Below, one piece after another: positions 31,106 through 41,705 of a DNA stretch of 64,000 nucleotides; the first letter of the stretch is position 1; each line of letters starts with the position of its first letter. A model generated the notes under the pieces. That model was not told the origin of the DNA. It did no database searches and worked only from the letters and a program-made list of their open reading frames with translations. A program made the position numbers and the translations under genes. Origin of the DNA: Thermodesulfobacteriota bacterium (lineage in GTDB: Bacteria > Desulfobacterota > Desulfobulbia > Desulfobulbales > SURF-16); the NCBI GenBank assembly GCA_040755455.1, contig JBFMAY010000020.1, forward strand, positions 1 through 64,000, written 5' to 3'.

Positions 31106-31855
31106 CTAATTGTTTTCGCTTATCTGGTCTCCTGTTCGGCCAAAACGTCTTTGTCTTTTCTGAAAGGTGGTGATTGCCGCAATAAAATCTGCCTTGGTGA
31201 AGTCGGGCCAGTGGGTTTCGGTAATAAAAATTTCGGCATAGGAGGCCTGCCAGAGGAGAAAATTGCTCAGCCGAAATTCACCGCCGGTGCGGATGATGAG
31301 GTCCGGGTCAGGAAGCCCTGCGGTATAGAGGTAGCCGGAGAAAATTTCTTCCGTGATATTCTCGGGAGTCAATTTGCCGGCTGCGCAGAGCCTGGCCGTC
31401 TCCCTGGCTGCCTTAACAATTTCATCGCGGCTGCCGTAACTTAAGGCGAGATTGAGGATGAGGCCTGTGTTGCCAGCGGTTTTGGCCATGGAGGCGCTTA
31501 ATGACTCCCTGATTTCCGCGGGCAGATTCTCCATGCGCCCGATACAGCGCAGGCGGATGTTGTTTTCCTGCATGGCAATGATCTCGCTTTCAAGATAGGA
31601 CTTTAAAAGCGACATGAGCCCTGAAACCTCATTGGCGGGCCTTTTAAGGTTCTCGGTGGAGAGGGCGTAAAGGGTGAGGGCTGGTATGCCGATTTCCCTG
31701 GCGGCCTTGACGATCAGCTGAACCGTTTTAACCCCGGCCTTGTGTCCCATGAGGCGCATGAGGCCGCGACTCTGGGCCCAGCGGCCGTTGCCATCCATGA
31801 TGATGGCAATATGCCGCGGGAGTTTTTTTTTGTCCAGTTCCAAGGATGTCGACAC
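31106..31855 (-). CDS. uppS: Undecaprenyl diphosphate synthase
   Basis: HIAIIMDGNGRWA, DLIIRTGGEFRLSNFLLWQ, RRFG; start (GTG) approximate. Confidence 0.95.
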   Translation of the reverse strand: MSTSLELDKKKLPRHIAIIMDGNGRWAQSRGLMRLMGHKAGVKTVQLIVKAAREIGIPALTLYALSTENLKRPANEVSGLMSLLKSYLESEIIAMQENNIRLRCIGRMENLPAEIRESLSASMAKTAGNTGLILNLALSYGSRDEIVKAARETARLCAAGKLTPENITEEIFSGYLYTAGLPDPDLIIRTGGEFRLSNFLLWQASYAEIFITETHWPDFTKADFIAAITTFQKRQRRFGRTGDQISENN

Positions 31856-31865
31856 TGGGGGCCTA

Positions 31866-32420
31866 TTAAACCTCCATGACCTCTTTTTCTTTTTCAGCAA
31901 GAATTACATCAATTTTTTTTATGAATGCGTCGGTCTCTTTCTGGGCTTCGTCCTGAAACTTGAAGAGATCGTCTTCCGAGATTTCTTTGTCTTTTTTGAG
32001 TTTTTTCAAGTGATCAAGGGCATCCCGGCGGCAGTTGCGCACTGCCACCCGGTATTCTTCGCCGATTTTTTTTGCCTGTTTGACCATTTCCTTACGGCGC
32101 TCCTCGGTAAGCTGCGGAATGGAAATGCGCAGCATCTTGCCGTCGCTTGCCGGGGTCAGGCCGATATTGGCCGCCAGGATTGCCTTATCAATGGCTGGGA
32201 GAACCTGGGGGTCCCAGGGCTGGATGACAATCAGTCTGCTTTCCGGAATGGTGATGGAGGCAACCTGGTTAAGCGGCATTTTGGAACCGTAGGAATCCAC
32301 CTTGATTCCCTCAACCAGAGACAATGAGGCGCGGCCGGTACGGATTGTCGTCAGCTCCCGGCGATAGGCCTCCAGGCTTTTTTCCATTTTGTCCTTCATT
32401 TCTAACAGAACTTTACTCAT
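31866..32420 (-). CDS. frr: Ribosome recycling factor
   Basis: IRTGRA, LTEERRKE, KEKEVMEV. Confidence 0.97.
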   Translation of the reverse strand: MSKVLLEMKDKMEKSLEAYRRELTTIRTGRASLSLVEGIKVDSYGSKMPLNQVASITIPESRLIVIQPWDPQVLPAIDKAILAANIGLTPASDGKMLRISIPQLTEERRKEMVKQAKKIGEEYRVAVRNCRRDALDHLKKLKKDKEISEDDLFKFQDEAQKETDAFIKKIDVILAEKEKEVMEV

Positions 32421-33141
32421 TATCAACTCCACTGATCAAAGTGCCGATTTTCGCCCCGCAGATGGCTTTTTTGATGTTGCCGGGGATATTCATGTCTAAA
32501 ACGAGAATGGTCTTGTTGTTGTCCATGGCCAGCGAAACGGCTGCCGCATCCATCACCTTCAACCGCCTTCTCAGGACTTCGGCGTAACTTAAACTGTCAA
32601 ATTTCACGGCATCGTCATGGATGAGAGGGTCTTTGTCGTACACCCCGTCAACCCTGGTGGCCTTGCAGATGATATCCGCGTTGATTTCCAGGCCCCGCAG
32701 AACCGCCGCGGTGTCGGTGGTGAAATAGGGATTGCCGGTGCCTGCCGCGAATATGACGATATTGCCCATTTTCAGATGTTCAAGGGCGCGGCGATGGGAA
32801 TAGGGCTCGCAGACCGTTTCCATGGGGATGGCCGACAGAACGGCGGTATTGACGTCGATCTGTTCAAGGGTGTCGCTCAAGGCCAGGGCGTTCATGACCG
32901 TGGCCAGCATGCCCATATTGTCGGCAATAGCCCTGTCCATGCCGGCTGAGGCCCCGGCGATTCCGCGGAAGATGTTACCGGCACCGATGACAATGGCGAT
33001 TTCCGTGCCGAGAGACCGCAGTTCCCGGATTTCGTCGGCCACATAGGCAAGCACATCGTTGCTGATGCCGAAAGCGGCGTCGCCCATCAGGGCTTCGCCG
33101 CTTAATTTCAGCAATATCCTTTTATACCTGTAAGTATCCAC
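32413..33141 (-). CDS. pyrH: UMP kinase
   Basis: LLKLSGEAL, GNIFRG, GNPYFTTDTAA. Confidence 0.97.
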   Translation of the reverse strand: MDTYRYKRILLKLSGEALMGDAAFGISNDVLAYVADEIRELRSLGTEIAIVIGAGNIFRGIAGASAGMDRAIADNMGMLATVMNALALSDTLEQIDVNTAVLSAIPMETVCEPYSHRRALEHLKMGNIVIFAAGTGNPYFTTDTAAVLRGLEINADIICKATRVDGVYDKDPLIHDDAVKFDSLSYAEVLRRRLKVMDAAAVSLAMDNNKTILVLDMNIPGNIKKAICGAKIGTLISGVDNE

Positions 33142-33164
33142 GCCCGATACACCTTACGTATGAT

Positions 33165-33758
33165 TTAAGCGCCTACCTGAAAACGGGCAAACCTCTTGAT
33201 GGCGATGTTTTCACCGAGAGAGGCGATGATTTCGTTGAGCAGATCCTGGATGGTGAGATCGGGATTCTTGACATACTGTTGCTCAAGCAGGCAGGAATCG
33301 GCGTAGAACTTGTCGATTTTGCCGGCCACGATTTTTTCCACGATATTTGCCGGTTTGCCTGAGTCTGCCGCCTGTTTGACGTAAATGTCCTTTTCCCTGG
33401 CAAGCAGCTCCGCCGGCACGTCTTCCCTTTTGATGGACACGGGATTGACCGCGGCGATATGCATGGCGACATTTTTGGCAAACTCAATGAAGGTGGGTGT
33501 TTTGGCGACAAAATCCGTCTCGCAGCCCACTTCCACCATGACGCCGAGTTTGCCGCCCGCATGGATATAGCACTCGATGACACCTTCGCTGGTGGCGCGT
33601 GTCGCCCTTTTGGCGGCAACGGCCAAGCCTTTCTGGCGAAGGTAATCGACGGCCTTTTCCATGTCGCCGTTGTTTTCCGCAAGAGCCTTCTTGCAATCCA
33701 TCATGCCCGCGTTGGTTTTGTCGCGGAGTTCCTTGACCATTTGACTGGTTATATTCAT
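33165..33758 (-). CDS. tsf: Elongation factor Ts (short form)
   Basis: VKELRDKTNAGMMDCKKAL, CETDFVA. Confidence 0.97.
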   Translation of the reverse strand: MNITSQMVKELRDKTNAGMMDCKKALAENNGDMEKAVDYLRQKGLAVAAKRATRATSEGVIECYIHAGGKLGVMVEVGCETDFVAKTPTFIEFAKNVAMHIAAVNPVSIKREDVPAELLAREKDIYVKQAADSGKPANIVEKIVAGKIDKFYADSCLLEQQYVKNPDLTIQDLLNEIIASLGENIAIKRFARFQVGA

Positions 33759-33824
33759 GGTATTTTTACCCTTCTGTTCGTTAATGAAATTCTGTTGCTC
33801 TTTTGCTGCGCTGCCGCCGGGGCT

Positions 33825-34610
33825 TTATTCGTCATCATCCCCTTGCATGTCGGCAGAGCCTGAGCCCGGTGCATTGGCTGCAGCCATGGCTTCGGCAATG
33901 GCGTCGTCGGTCTCAACCGCTTCGCCCCTTCTGGCCCTGCCGGAGAGAACCGCATCAGCCATCTTGGAGGTGATCAGTTTGATGGAGCGGATCGCATCGT
34001 CGTTACCCGGAATAAGGTGGTCGATGCCGTCCGGATCACAGTTGGTGTCTGCTATGGCGATAACCGGAATTCCCAGGCGGTTCGCCTCGTCAACGGCGAT
34101 GTTTTCCCGTTTTGGGTCAATGATGAAAATCACCGAGGGCAAACTCTTCATGTCCTTAATGCCGCCAAGGTTGCGCTCCAGCTTGACCAGTTCTTTTTCC
34201 ATGCCCAGCGCTTCTTTTTTCTTGTAGCGATGGATGCTGCCGTCGTCCATCATGGCATGGATGGATTTCATGCGGTCAACGGATTTTTTGATGGTCTGGA
34301 AGTTGGTCAGCATGCCGCCGAGCCAGCGGTGGTTGATATAGAACATGCCGGCCCTGCCTGCTTCCTCTTTGACGATGTCCTGGGCCTGACGCTTGGTACC
34401 GACGAAAAGAACGGAACCGCCTTTGGCCACGGTATCCACAACGGTTTCATAGGCCTTATTGAAAAGGGGCAGGGTTTTGTCCAGGTTGATGATGTAAATC
34501 TTGTTACGGGCCCCGAAGATGTACGGTTTCATTTTCGGGTTCCAGCGGCGGGTTTGGTGGCCGAAGTGCAGACCGGCAACCAGCATTTCTTTCATTGTAA
34601 TGTAAGCCAT
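33825..34610 (-). CDS. rpsB: 30S ribosomal protein S2
   Basis: [43 protein letters not shown]. Confidence 0.98.
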   Translation of the reverse strand: MAYITMKEMLVAGLHFGHQTRRWNPKMKPYIFGARNKIYIINLDKTLPLFNKAYETVVDTVAKGGSVLFVGTKRQAQDIVKEEAGRAGMFYINHRWLGGMLTNFQTIKKSVDRMKSIHAMMDDGSIHRYKKKEALGMEKELVKLERNLGGIKDMKSLPSVIFIIDPKRENIAVDEANRLGIPVIAIADTNCDPDGIDHLIPGNDDAIRSIKLITSKMADAVLSGRARRGEAVETDDAIAEAMAAANAPGSGSADMQGDDDE

Positions 34611-34631
34611 TGTTAAATCTCCATTTTTTTT

Positions 34632-34697
34632 GGTTAGGCCTCCATCCCGTTTTCCCCAACCCATACGGGCACCAGAGGGGTTTCTCAGGGATGTGTG
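34632..34697 (-). ncRNA. rpsB 5' leader (t44 / S2 autoregulatory RNA-like)
   Basis: Minus strand CACACATCCC...GGTGCC...GGGATGGAGGCCTAACC resembles the conserved rpsB leader, and it is in the expected position. Confidence 0.65.
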
Positions 34698-34713
34698 ATG
34701 TAAAAATCCAATT

Positions 34714-34742
34714 CTTTTACCACTCAATTATTCTTTTTGCAA
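34714..34742 (-). promoter_or_regulatory. Promoter of the rpsB-tsf operon
   Basis: Minus strand TTGCAA-N17-TAAAAG with an extended TG. Confidence 0.55.
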
Positions 34743-34896
34743 GGGGTAGACCAAGACTCATATAAAAAACTTGACACTTTCCGGGAAAATAGGCAATCAT
34801 GCGAGATTGCATGAAGTCAGCTCATTAACATATTGTCCAACCCTGTCTTGTTTTTTTATTTCCACCTCCGGTAGAACCGGTTTCGGCTGAAGATCC

Positions 34897-35937
34897 ATGA
34901 AGGCATCCCTGAAAGAGTTCCATCCCAAGAAGATACTGGTACGCTCCACCAACTGGATCGGCGATGCCATCATGACCACCCCGGCGGTGCGGACCATCAG
35001 GCAGAATTTTCCCGAAGCCGAGATCTCCATGCTTGCTCAGCCATGGATGGCCGATGTCTTTGCCGCCAGCCCCCATGTCGATCACATCATCTATTATGAA
35101 AAGAAGGGCAAGCACCGGGGGCTGGCCGGCATGCTGCGTTTGAGCCGGCTGTTGAAAAGCATGCGTTTTGACCTGGCCATTCTGCTGCAGAACGCCTTTG
35201 AGGCGGCGCTGCTGGCGAAACTGGCCGGCATTCCGGTCCGCGCCGGTTATCAACGGGATGCCCGTTCGCTGCTGTTGACCCATGGTGTGCCGATCCGAGC
35301 GGAAATCCGCGCAAAGCATCAGGTTTACTATTATCAGGCCCTGCTTGCGGATTTAGGCTTGACCTGCGGCAGCAACGAACTCTTCCTGCAGTTGGCGGAC
35401 AAGGATATGGATTTCGCCCACAGGTTCCGCGAGGGGCTTGGCGCCGGACCTGTGGTCGGCATCAATCCGGGTGCGGCTTTTGGTCCGGCCAAGTGCTGGC
35501 CGGCGGAAAGATACGGGCAACTGGCCGCGAGCCTGCATCGGGAAAACGGGGCGAAATTCATGGTGTTCGGCACGGTGGCGGACCAGAAAACCATTGATGT
35601 CATCACCGGCTACGGCACCGGCTTTATTCGCGGTCTGGCCGGAAAAACGACACTGGGCCAGGCAATGGCCCTGATAGCGATCTGTGACGCCTTTGTTACC
35701 AACGATTCGGGGCTGATGCATGTGGGGGCGGCCACCAAGACGCCGCTGGTGGCTATTTTCGGCTCCACCGATGCGGTGGCGACCGGTCCGTTCTCTGACC
35801 GGGCGGTGGTGGTGCAGAAGGAGCTTGCCTGCCGGCCGTGCCTGAAAAAAAACTGTAAATCGGATTTCCGCTGCATGCTTGATATCTCGGTTGTCGAGGT
35901 GGCGCGGGCTGTGCGGGGATTACTGGAGAAACGATGA
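34897..35937 (+). CDS. waaF: LPS heptosyltransferase II
   Basis: NWIGDAIM, NPGAAFGPAKCWP, NDSGLMH. Confidence 0.92.
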   Translation: MKASLKEFHPKKILVRSTNWIGDAIMTTPAVRTIRQNFPEAEISMLAQPWMADVFAASPHVDHIIYYEKKGKHRGLAGMLRLSRLLKSMRFDLAILLQNAFEAALLAKLAGIPVRAGYQRDARSLLLTHGVPIRAEIRAKHQVYYYQALLADLGLTCGSNELFLQLADKDMDFAHRFREGLGAGPVVGINPGAAFGPAKCWPAERYGQLAASLHRENGAKFMVFGTVADQKTIDVITGYGTGFIRGLAGKTTLGQAMALIAICDAFVTNDSGLMHVGAATKTPLVAIFGSTDAVATGPFSDRAVVVQKELACRPCLKKNCKSDFRCMLDISVVEVARAVRGLLEKR

Positions 35938-36518
35938 AACCTGCGGTATTTCTGGACAGGGACGGCACCATCAACGAGCAGATGGGCTACATCAACCATA
36001 TTGACCGTTTTCATCTGCTGGACGGGGTGACTGACGCCATCCGCCGGCTCAACATTGCCGGTATTCCCGTGGTGGTGGTCACCAACCAGTCAGGCCTTGC
36101 CAGGGGCTATTTCCCGGAGACTCTCCTTAATGAGGTGCACCGCAGGATGGAGCTCCTGCTGGCAGAGGACAACGCCCATGTTGACGGCATTTATGTCTGT
36201 CCCCATCACCCGGAAGCCAGGGAGGAGAGATTTAGGGTGGACTGCGATTGCCGCAAACCGAAAAACGGTCTTTTTGTCCGGGCCGCCCGGGAGCTGGGGC
36301 TTGATCTGGGCCGATCCTATGTGGTGGGTGACCGCTGGTCGGATCTCAAGGCCGCGGCCTGCTGCGGGGCCAAGGGCATTCTCGTGCTCACCGGCTATGG
36401 CCGGGGAGACTTGGCATATATCGGTCCGCAGCAGCGGATCCAGCCCCATTACGTCGCCGAAAATCTGCTGGAGGCGGTGGACTGGATCCTGGCGGATCTG
36501 ACGGTCAGCCGCGGCTGA
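35934..36518 (+). CDS. gmhB: D-glycero-D-manno-heptose 1,7-bisphosphate phosphatase
   Basis: FLDRDGTIN, VTNQSG, CPHHP...CDCRKP, VGDRWSD. Confidence 0.92.
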   Translation: MKPAVFLDRDGTINEQMGYINHIDRFHLLDGVTDAIRRLNIAGIPVVVVTNQSGLARGYFPETLLNEVHRRMELLLAEDNAHVDGIYVCPHHPEAREERFRVDCDCRKPKNGLFVRAARELGLDLGRSYVVGDRWSDLKAAACCGAKGILVLTGYGRGDLAYIGPQQRIQPHYVAENLLEAVDWILADLTVSRG

Positions 36519-36600
36519 AGCCCTGCGCGGATCAGAGAACGCGACCAGCTTCAGCCGTTTTCATGGCATGGGCGGGATGAGCTGAGCGGCAATATCTTTT

Positions 36601-37098
36601 TTAGTAATTGCTCAGGTCCTGGATCGCATCAACAACCATCCCGGTTCCCACCGCGATCAGCAGGATATCGCTTGCCACGCGCACGAAGCGGTGGTTGGGC
36701 GGAGGCGGTCCGAGCTGCACAATGACCTGCGGCGGCAGATCATAGTAAATGACTTCCCGGGGCAGCGGCTGGCCCACCATATATCTTTTGGCGTGGCCGG
36801 GGGGCATGCAGCCGTTGTTCTTCTTGGCCAGGCCCGGCGGGCAGTGGCCGGTACGGTACTGCTCAACATAGTAGTTGTTGATGACGGTCCGGTGCTGGTC
36901 GCCGAAATAGACGGTCGGCCTGCCACCCCCGCCGCGTTCGTGACCCTCATAGTTTTCGTGCTTCTGTTCATGTTTGCCGCCCTTTTTGCCGCCTCCGGCC
37001 CATGATGGCTTCTCGGCCAGGGCCGGCGCTGCGGTGGCAAGGATCCCGGCGATTACCAGAGCCAGGATGCGATTTTTCTGCAGGGTAATATGCTGCAT
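36601..37098 (-). CDS. Exported RcnB-like protein (CPPGLAKK family)
   Basis: Signal peptide, G/H/K-rich linker, CPPGLAKKNNGCMPPG, C-terminal DILLIAVGTGMVVDAI; GGAGA RBS. Confidence 0.75.
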   Translation of the reverse strand: MQHITLQKNRILALVIAGILATAAPALAEKPSWAGGGKKGGKHEQKHENYEGHERGGGGRPTVYFGDQHRTVINNYYVEQYRTGHCPPGLAKKNNGCMPPGHAKRYMVGQPLPREVIYYDLPPQVIVQLGPPPPNHRFVRVASDILLIAVGTGMVVDAIQDLSNY

Positions 37099-37225
37099 GA
37101 TCAGTCTCCAAATAAAAAAGTTGCACTCCCGTCCGCAGGCATCCTCAGCCCGGGGACTTTTTCCCTCATCGCCTGAAGTTGAATCCGCTTGCCGGTGATC
37201 AGTCATTGCCGGCACGGCATCTGTA

Positions 37226-37333
37226 GCTAAGCCGTTGTAAAAAAGACAACATGGTCATGATGATAACCAAAACGGCATAAGGAACCGCAAAGAAACGGGC
37301 AGAATTGTATAAGTTATTTCGTAACGGCTCCTA
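37226..37333. repeat. Dispersed intergenic repeat, copy 2 (MITE-like ends)
   Basis: CTA-AGCCGTT...AACGGCTC-CTA: short inverted ends with CTA on both sides; 5' part shared with 25041. Confidence 0.55.
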
Positions 37334-37440
37334 AAAAGCGTTATCTCCTTCCCATAAGGACAATTATACCAAGCCGTTTGCGATTTAGGGAGATATTTTT
37401 CGTTTTACGCTTTGGACTAATCGCGCATGGCTGCAGGAGC

Positions 37441-38580
37441 CTATTTTTCTTCCCTGTCTCCCGCGCCGTCCTGGTTTTTTTGTTGCAGGGCGCGGGACCG
37501 GTCATCTTCCGTTTGCTGTCGGGAAGACACCTCCGGCAGAAACTCCTTGAAGGATTCTCCGTAGATCTCCCAGATGGTGACAAACAGCGCAGCAAGGATT
37601 GGTCCAACTATAATGCCGATGATGCCGAACATGGCAATGCCGCCCAGCGTGCCGAAGAGGACAAAGAGGTCATGCATCTTGGTGTCGTTGCCGACCAGTC
37701 TTGGCCGGAGGAGATTATCAATATTGCCGGCAATGAGCCCGCAGACAACCGTGAGGATGATGGCGCCGGTTATATCCCGGAGCAGGAGCAAAATGACGAG
37801 GGCGGGGAGCCAGATGATGGCCGTGCCCACGCTGGGGATGATGGAGAGAACGGCCATGAGGGTGCCCCAGAACACGGGACTCTGGATGCCGGCCAGTGAA
37901 AAACCGATGCCGCAGAGGGTGCCTTGGATGATGCCGATGATCAGGGTTCCCTTGATGGTCGCCTTGGCGACAGAGGTAAACCGCTGCAGCAGGAGTTGTT
38001 CTTCCCGGTCTTCAAGCGGGAGGTAGTAGAGGATTTTGTCCAGCAGCTTATGTCCGTCAATGAGAAAATAAAACATGGTGTAGAGCATGATGATGGACAT
38101 CAGGGCGGCATTAACCGTCATCATGGTCATTGACGAAAAGGAGTCGATCAGCAAGGTCGAGGCGTTGCCGACCAGGATGCCGAGCTTCTGGATGATCACA
38201 TCCCGGTAGGGGAGGAGCTGCTCGTAATAGGGGATTCTGTGCTGGTAGTCGGAAAAGGCGGTGGGCTGCTGGAGAAAGGACTGCACCCAAGGAGTGACTG
38301 ACTGACTGACATTGATCGCCTGGGCAACAACCACGCCGATAAGTCCGGAGAACGGGATGAGGACAAGGCAAACCACGACCATGATGGTGAGGAACGAGGC
38401 AAGGGGTTGTTTTCCCCGGCAGCGCACCAGAAGTCGCTGGTACAGGGGGTTGGTCAGGGCGGTAAAGAGACCGGCCATGAAGATGGCCATGAGGAACTGG
38501 CTGGTCATGGCAAGAAAGATGGCCGAAATGCCGCTGACGCAGAGCAGCAGAACTATTTTTTGTGCTGTTTTCGGAGACAT
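37441..38580 (-). CDS. AI-2E family transporter
   Basis: Multi-TM protein, IP.VGTAIIWLP, DNLLRPRLVG, GIIVGP. Confidence 0.9.
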   Translation of the reverse strand: MSPKTAQKIVLLLCVSGISAIFLAMTSQFLMAIFMAGLFTALTNPLYQRLLVRCRGKQPLASFLTIMVVVCLVLIPFSGLIGVVVAQAINVSQSVTPWVQSFLQQPTAFSDYQHRIPYYEQLLPYRDVIIQKLGILVGNASTLLIDSFSSMTMMTVNAALMSIIMLYTMFYFLIDGHKLLDKILYYLPLEDREEQLLLQRFTSVAKATIKGTLIIGIIQGTLCGIGFSLAGIQSPVFWGTLMAVLSIIPSVGTAIIWLPALVILLLLRDITGAIILTVVCGLIAGNIDNLLRPRLVGNDTKMHDLFVLFGTLGGIAMFGIIGIIVGPILAALFVTIWEIYGESFKEFLPEVSSRQQTEDDRSRALQQKNQDGAGDREEK

Positions 38581-38899
38581 AGGGGTTGTGAGAAGAGTGG
38601 TTGAGAGGTCAGATGTTGCCAGGAAAAATGTTTTCGAGTTGAATTATGACCCGTTGTGCGGTAACGTTCAAGTAATAAATCGTTTTAAACTGCAAAATGA
38701 CGGCAAGTAAAGTTTAGAGCCGGTCTGTCCTGAGCATGTCTTAACCCATGTCGTTCCTGCAGGGAAATCCCGGCGGCCGCCCGTCGTCCCCGGCCGCAGA
38801 GAGGCTCCCCGCCCGGTTCCGGAAATGGTTGCCCGGTCCGGGCGGCGGGCTTATTCCACCTATTGGCTTTGCAAATAAAATTAATCGGAAAGCAGCATT

Positions 38900-41614
38900 A
38901 TGGACAATTTAATAGGCAAACACTGGCATCATCTGCCGGCGGATGAGGTGGTTGATCTGTTGGGCAGCAACACGGTGAAGGGGCTTGACCTGTTCGAGGT
39001 CAAACACCGTTTCGAATATTTCGGACCCAATATGATCAGCGCCAAAAAAGGGAAAGGACCGCTCCTGCGCTTTTTGCTCCAGTTCCATCAGCCGCTGATC
39101 TATATCCTGATCGTCTCCGGCATCATCACCGCCGGGCTGCGGGAATGGGTGGACTCCGGGGTCATCTTCGGCGTGGTGATTGTCAACGCCATTATCGGCT
39201 TTATCCAGGAGTCCAAGGCGGTGAACGCCTTGGCGGCCCTGGCCCGGACCATGACCACCGAGGCCACGGTGCTGCGGCAGGGCGAGAAAAAACGCATTTC
39301 CGCCACCGGACTGGTGGTGGGGGATATTGTTTTTCTCCAGGGAGGCGACAAGGTGCCGGCGGATATGCGGCTCCTGCAGGTGCGTGAGCTGCAGGTCGAC
39401 GAATCCGCCCTGACCGGGGAATCCCTGCCGGTTGTCAAGACCGGCGGACAGCTGGCCCATGATACGGTGCTGGCCGACCGCGGCAACATGGCCTATGCAT
39501 CAAGCCTGGCAACCTACGGCCAGGGAATGGGCATCGTCACCGCCACCGGCGATCATACCGAGGTGGGACGCATCTCCCAGCTGATCTCCACCGCCAAGGA
39601 GTTGGAGACGCCGCTGACCCGCAAGATCGGCCATTTCAGCAACATCCTGCTCTATGCCATCCTGGCCCTGGCGGCGGTGACCGTGCTGGTGGGCATGGTT
39701 CGCGGCCAGTCGCTGTTCGACATGTTCATGGCCGCCGTCGCCCTGGCTGTGGGGGCGATCCCCGAGGGACTGCCGGCGGCGGTGACCGTCACCCTGGCCA
39801 TCGGCGTGTCACGGATGGCGAAACGCAATGCAATCATCCGTAAATTGCCGGCGGTGGAGACCCTGGGCAGCACCACGGTGATCTGCACGGACAAAACCGG
39901 CACCCTGACCGAAAACCAGATGACGGTGAAGGAGATCATGGCCGGCGGCATCCGCTACAAGGTCACCGGTGGCGGCTACAATCCCGCCGCCGGGGGGATC
40001 GAACGGGAAGGCCGGATGGTGGCCAGCGCGGATTTCCCCGCCCTGGCGGAATGTCTGCGGGCCGGCGCCCTGTGCAATGACAGCGTGCTGGCTGAAAAAG
40101 AGGGAAACTGGCAGGTGCAGGGCGATCCCACCGAGGGGGCGTTGCTGGTCAGCGGCCTGAAGGGCGGGCAGGACCCGGCCCGGTTATTAGCGGAAACACC
40201 CCGCATCGACGCCATTCCCTTCGAGTCCGAGTACCAGTATATGGCCACATTGCAGGAAGCCGGGGGCGGCAGGCCGTGCACGATTTATCTCAAGGGGGCG
40301 GCGGAGGCGCTGCTGAAAAAATGCGCCACCCGGCTGGATGCGGGCGGCAATCAGGTTGAGCTGCGCCCTGAGGAAATCTTGCAGCATATTGCAGAGCTGA
40401 CCTCGGGAGGCCAGCGGGTGCTGGCCTTTGCCAGAAAGGAATTGCCGGAAAACGGCAGGGCGATAAGCCATGGAGATGTGGCCTCGGGCCTGACCTTTGT
40501 AGGCCTGCAGGGGATGATCGATCCGCCCCGGGCCGCCGCGGTGTCCGCCGTGAAAATCTGCCAGGCAGCCGGTGTGCAGGTCAAGATGATCACCGGCGAC
40601 CACCCGTTGACCGCGGCGGCCATCGCCAGGCAAGTGGGCCTTGACGGCGCAGCTGGGACGGACATGGTCCCCGTCCTTACCGGCCGGGAACTGGCGGAGT
40701 TATCCGACCTTGAATTGATTGACGCGGCGGAAAAAACAGCGGTGTTCGCCAGGGCTACGCCGGAACAGAAACTCCGGCTGGTTGAAGCGCTGCAGGCCAG
40801 AGGACATGTGGTGGCCATGACCGGCGACGGGGTGAATGACGCCCCGGCCCTGAAAAGGGCCGATATCGGCGTGGCCATGGGTATCACCGGCACGGAGGTG
40901 GCCAAGGAGGCGGCCGCCATGGTGCTCACCGACGATAACTTCAGCTCCATCGAGGCGGCGGTTGAAGAGGGCCGCGGGGTTTTTGACAACCTGACAAAAT
41001 TCATCGTCTGGACCTTGCCCACCAATCTGGGCGAAGGGCTGGTGATCCTGGTCGCCATCTTTCTCGGGGTCACCCTGCCCATTCTGCCCGTGCAGATTTT
41101 GTGGATCAACATGACAACCGCTGGCTTCCTCGGCCTGATGCTGGCCTTTGAGCCCAAGGAGCCCGGCATCATGCAGCGGCCGCCCCGCAACCCCGCCACC
41201 CCCATTCTCACCAGGACATTGAGTTTCCGCATTGTCCTGGTGGGCGGGCTGCTGCTCATCGCAGCCTTCGGGCTTTTTGCGTGGGAGCTGGCAACGGGCG
41301 CCTCTGTTGTGCAGGCGCGCACCGTGGCGGTCAACGTCTTTGTCGTCATTGAACTCTTTTATCTGTTTAATTGCCGTTCACTGAGCAAGTCCATTTCCCA
41401 GCTCGGACTTTTGACGAACATGTGGGCCTTCGGCGGCGCCGCCGCCATGCTGCTTCTGCAGATTCTCTATACCTATCTGCCGCTCATGAACCGTCTTTTC
41501 CAGAGTGAGCCCATCGGCATTGTTGCCTGGGGCAAGATCATGGCTGCCGGTCTGCTGACCTATATCATCGTGGAAGTGGAAAAAATATTATGGCAGCGAT
41601 CGGCCAGGTATTAA
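38900..41614 (+). CDS. Cation-transporting P-type ATPase (type IIA-like)
   Basis: LTGES, IPEGLPA, DKTGTLT, KGAAE, MITGD, GDGVNDAPAL. Confidence 0.95.
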   Translation: MDNLIGKHWHHLPADEVVDLLGSNTVKGLDLFEVKHRFEYFGPNMISAKKGKGPLLRFLLQFHQPLIYILIVSGIITAGLREWVDSGVIFGVVIVNAIIGFIQESKAVNALAALARTMTTEATVLRQGEKKRISATGLVVGDIVFLQGGDKVPADMRLLQVRELQVDESALTGESLPVVKTGGQLAHDTVLADRGNMAYASSLATYGQGMGIVTATGDHTEVGRISQLISTAKELETPLTRKIGHFSNILLYAILALAAVTVLVGMVRGQSLFDMFMAAVALAVGAIPEGLPAAVTVTLAIGVSRMAKRNAIIRKLPAVETLGSTTVICTDKTGTLTENQMTVKEIMAGGIRYKVTGGGYNPAAGGIEREGRMVASADFPALAECLRAGALCNDSVLAEKEGNWQVQGDPTEGALLVSGLKGGQDPARLLAETPRIDAIPFESEYQYMATLQEAGGGRPCTIYLKGAAEALLKKCATRLDAGGNQVELRPEEILQHIAELTSGGQRVLAFARKELPENGRAISHGDVASGLTFVGLQGMIDPPRAAAVSAVKICQAAGVQVKMITGDHPLTAAAIARQVGLDGAAGTDMVPVLTGRELAELSDLELIDAAEKTAVFARATPEQKLRLVEALQARGHVVAMTGDGVNDAPALKRADIGVAMGITGTEVAKEAAAMVLTDDNFSSIEAAVEEGRGVFDNLTKFIVWTLPTNLGEGLVILVAIFLGVTLPILPVQILWINMTTAGFLGLMLAFEPKEPGIMQRPPRNPATPILTRTLSFRIVLVGGLLLIAAFGLFAWELATGASVVQARTVAVNVFVVIELFYLFNCRSLSKSISQLGLLTNMWAFGGAAAMLLLQILYTYLPLMNRLFQSEPIGIVAWGKIMAAGLLTYIIVEVEKILWQRSARY

Positions 41615-41705
41615 CCATAGCGGCGGGCTGCCGGAGACAATTTTCCTGTTCTGCTCCATACTTCGGGGTTTGCGCCTGAATTTTGACGCAGCGGGTTGCC
41701 TGGCA

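Noticed and set aside
38700..38890. GC-rich structured leader before the P-type ATPase, a possible yybP-ykoY or other riboswitch
   Set aside because: I could not find the GGGGAGUA / GAGACC core or any other riboswitch consensus. An Rfam scan would settle it.
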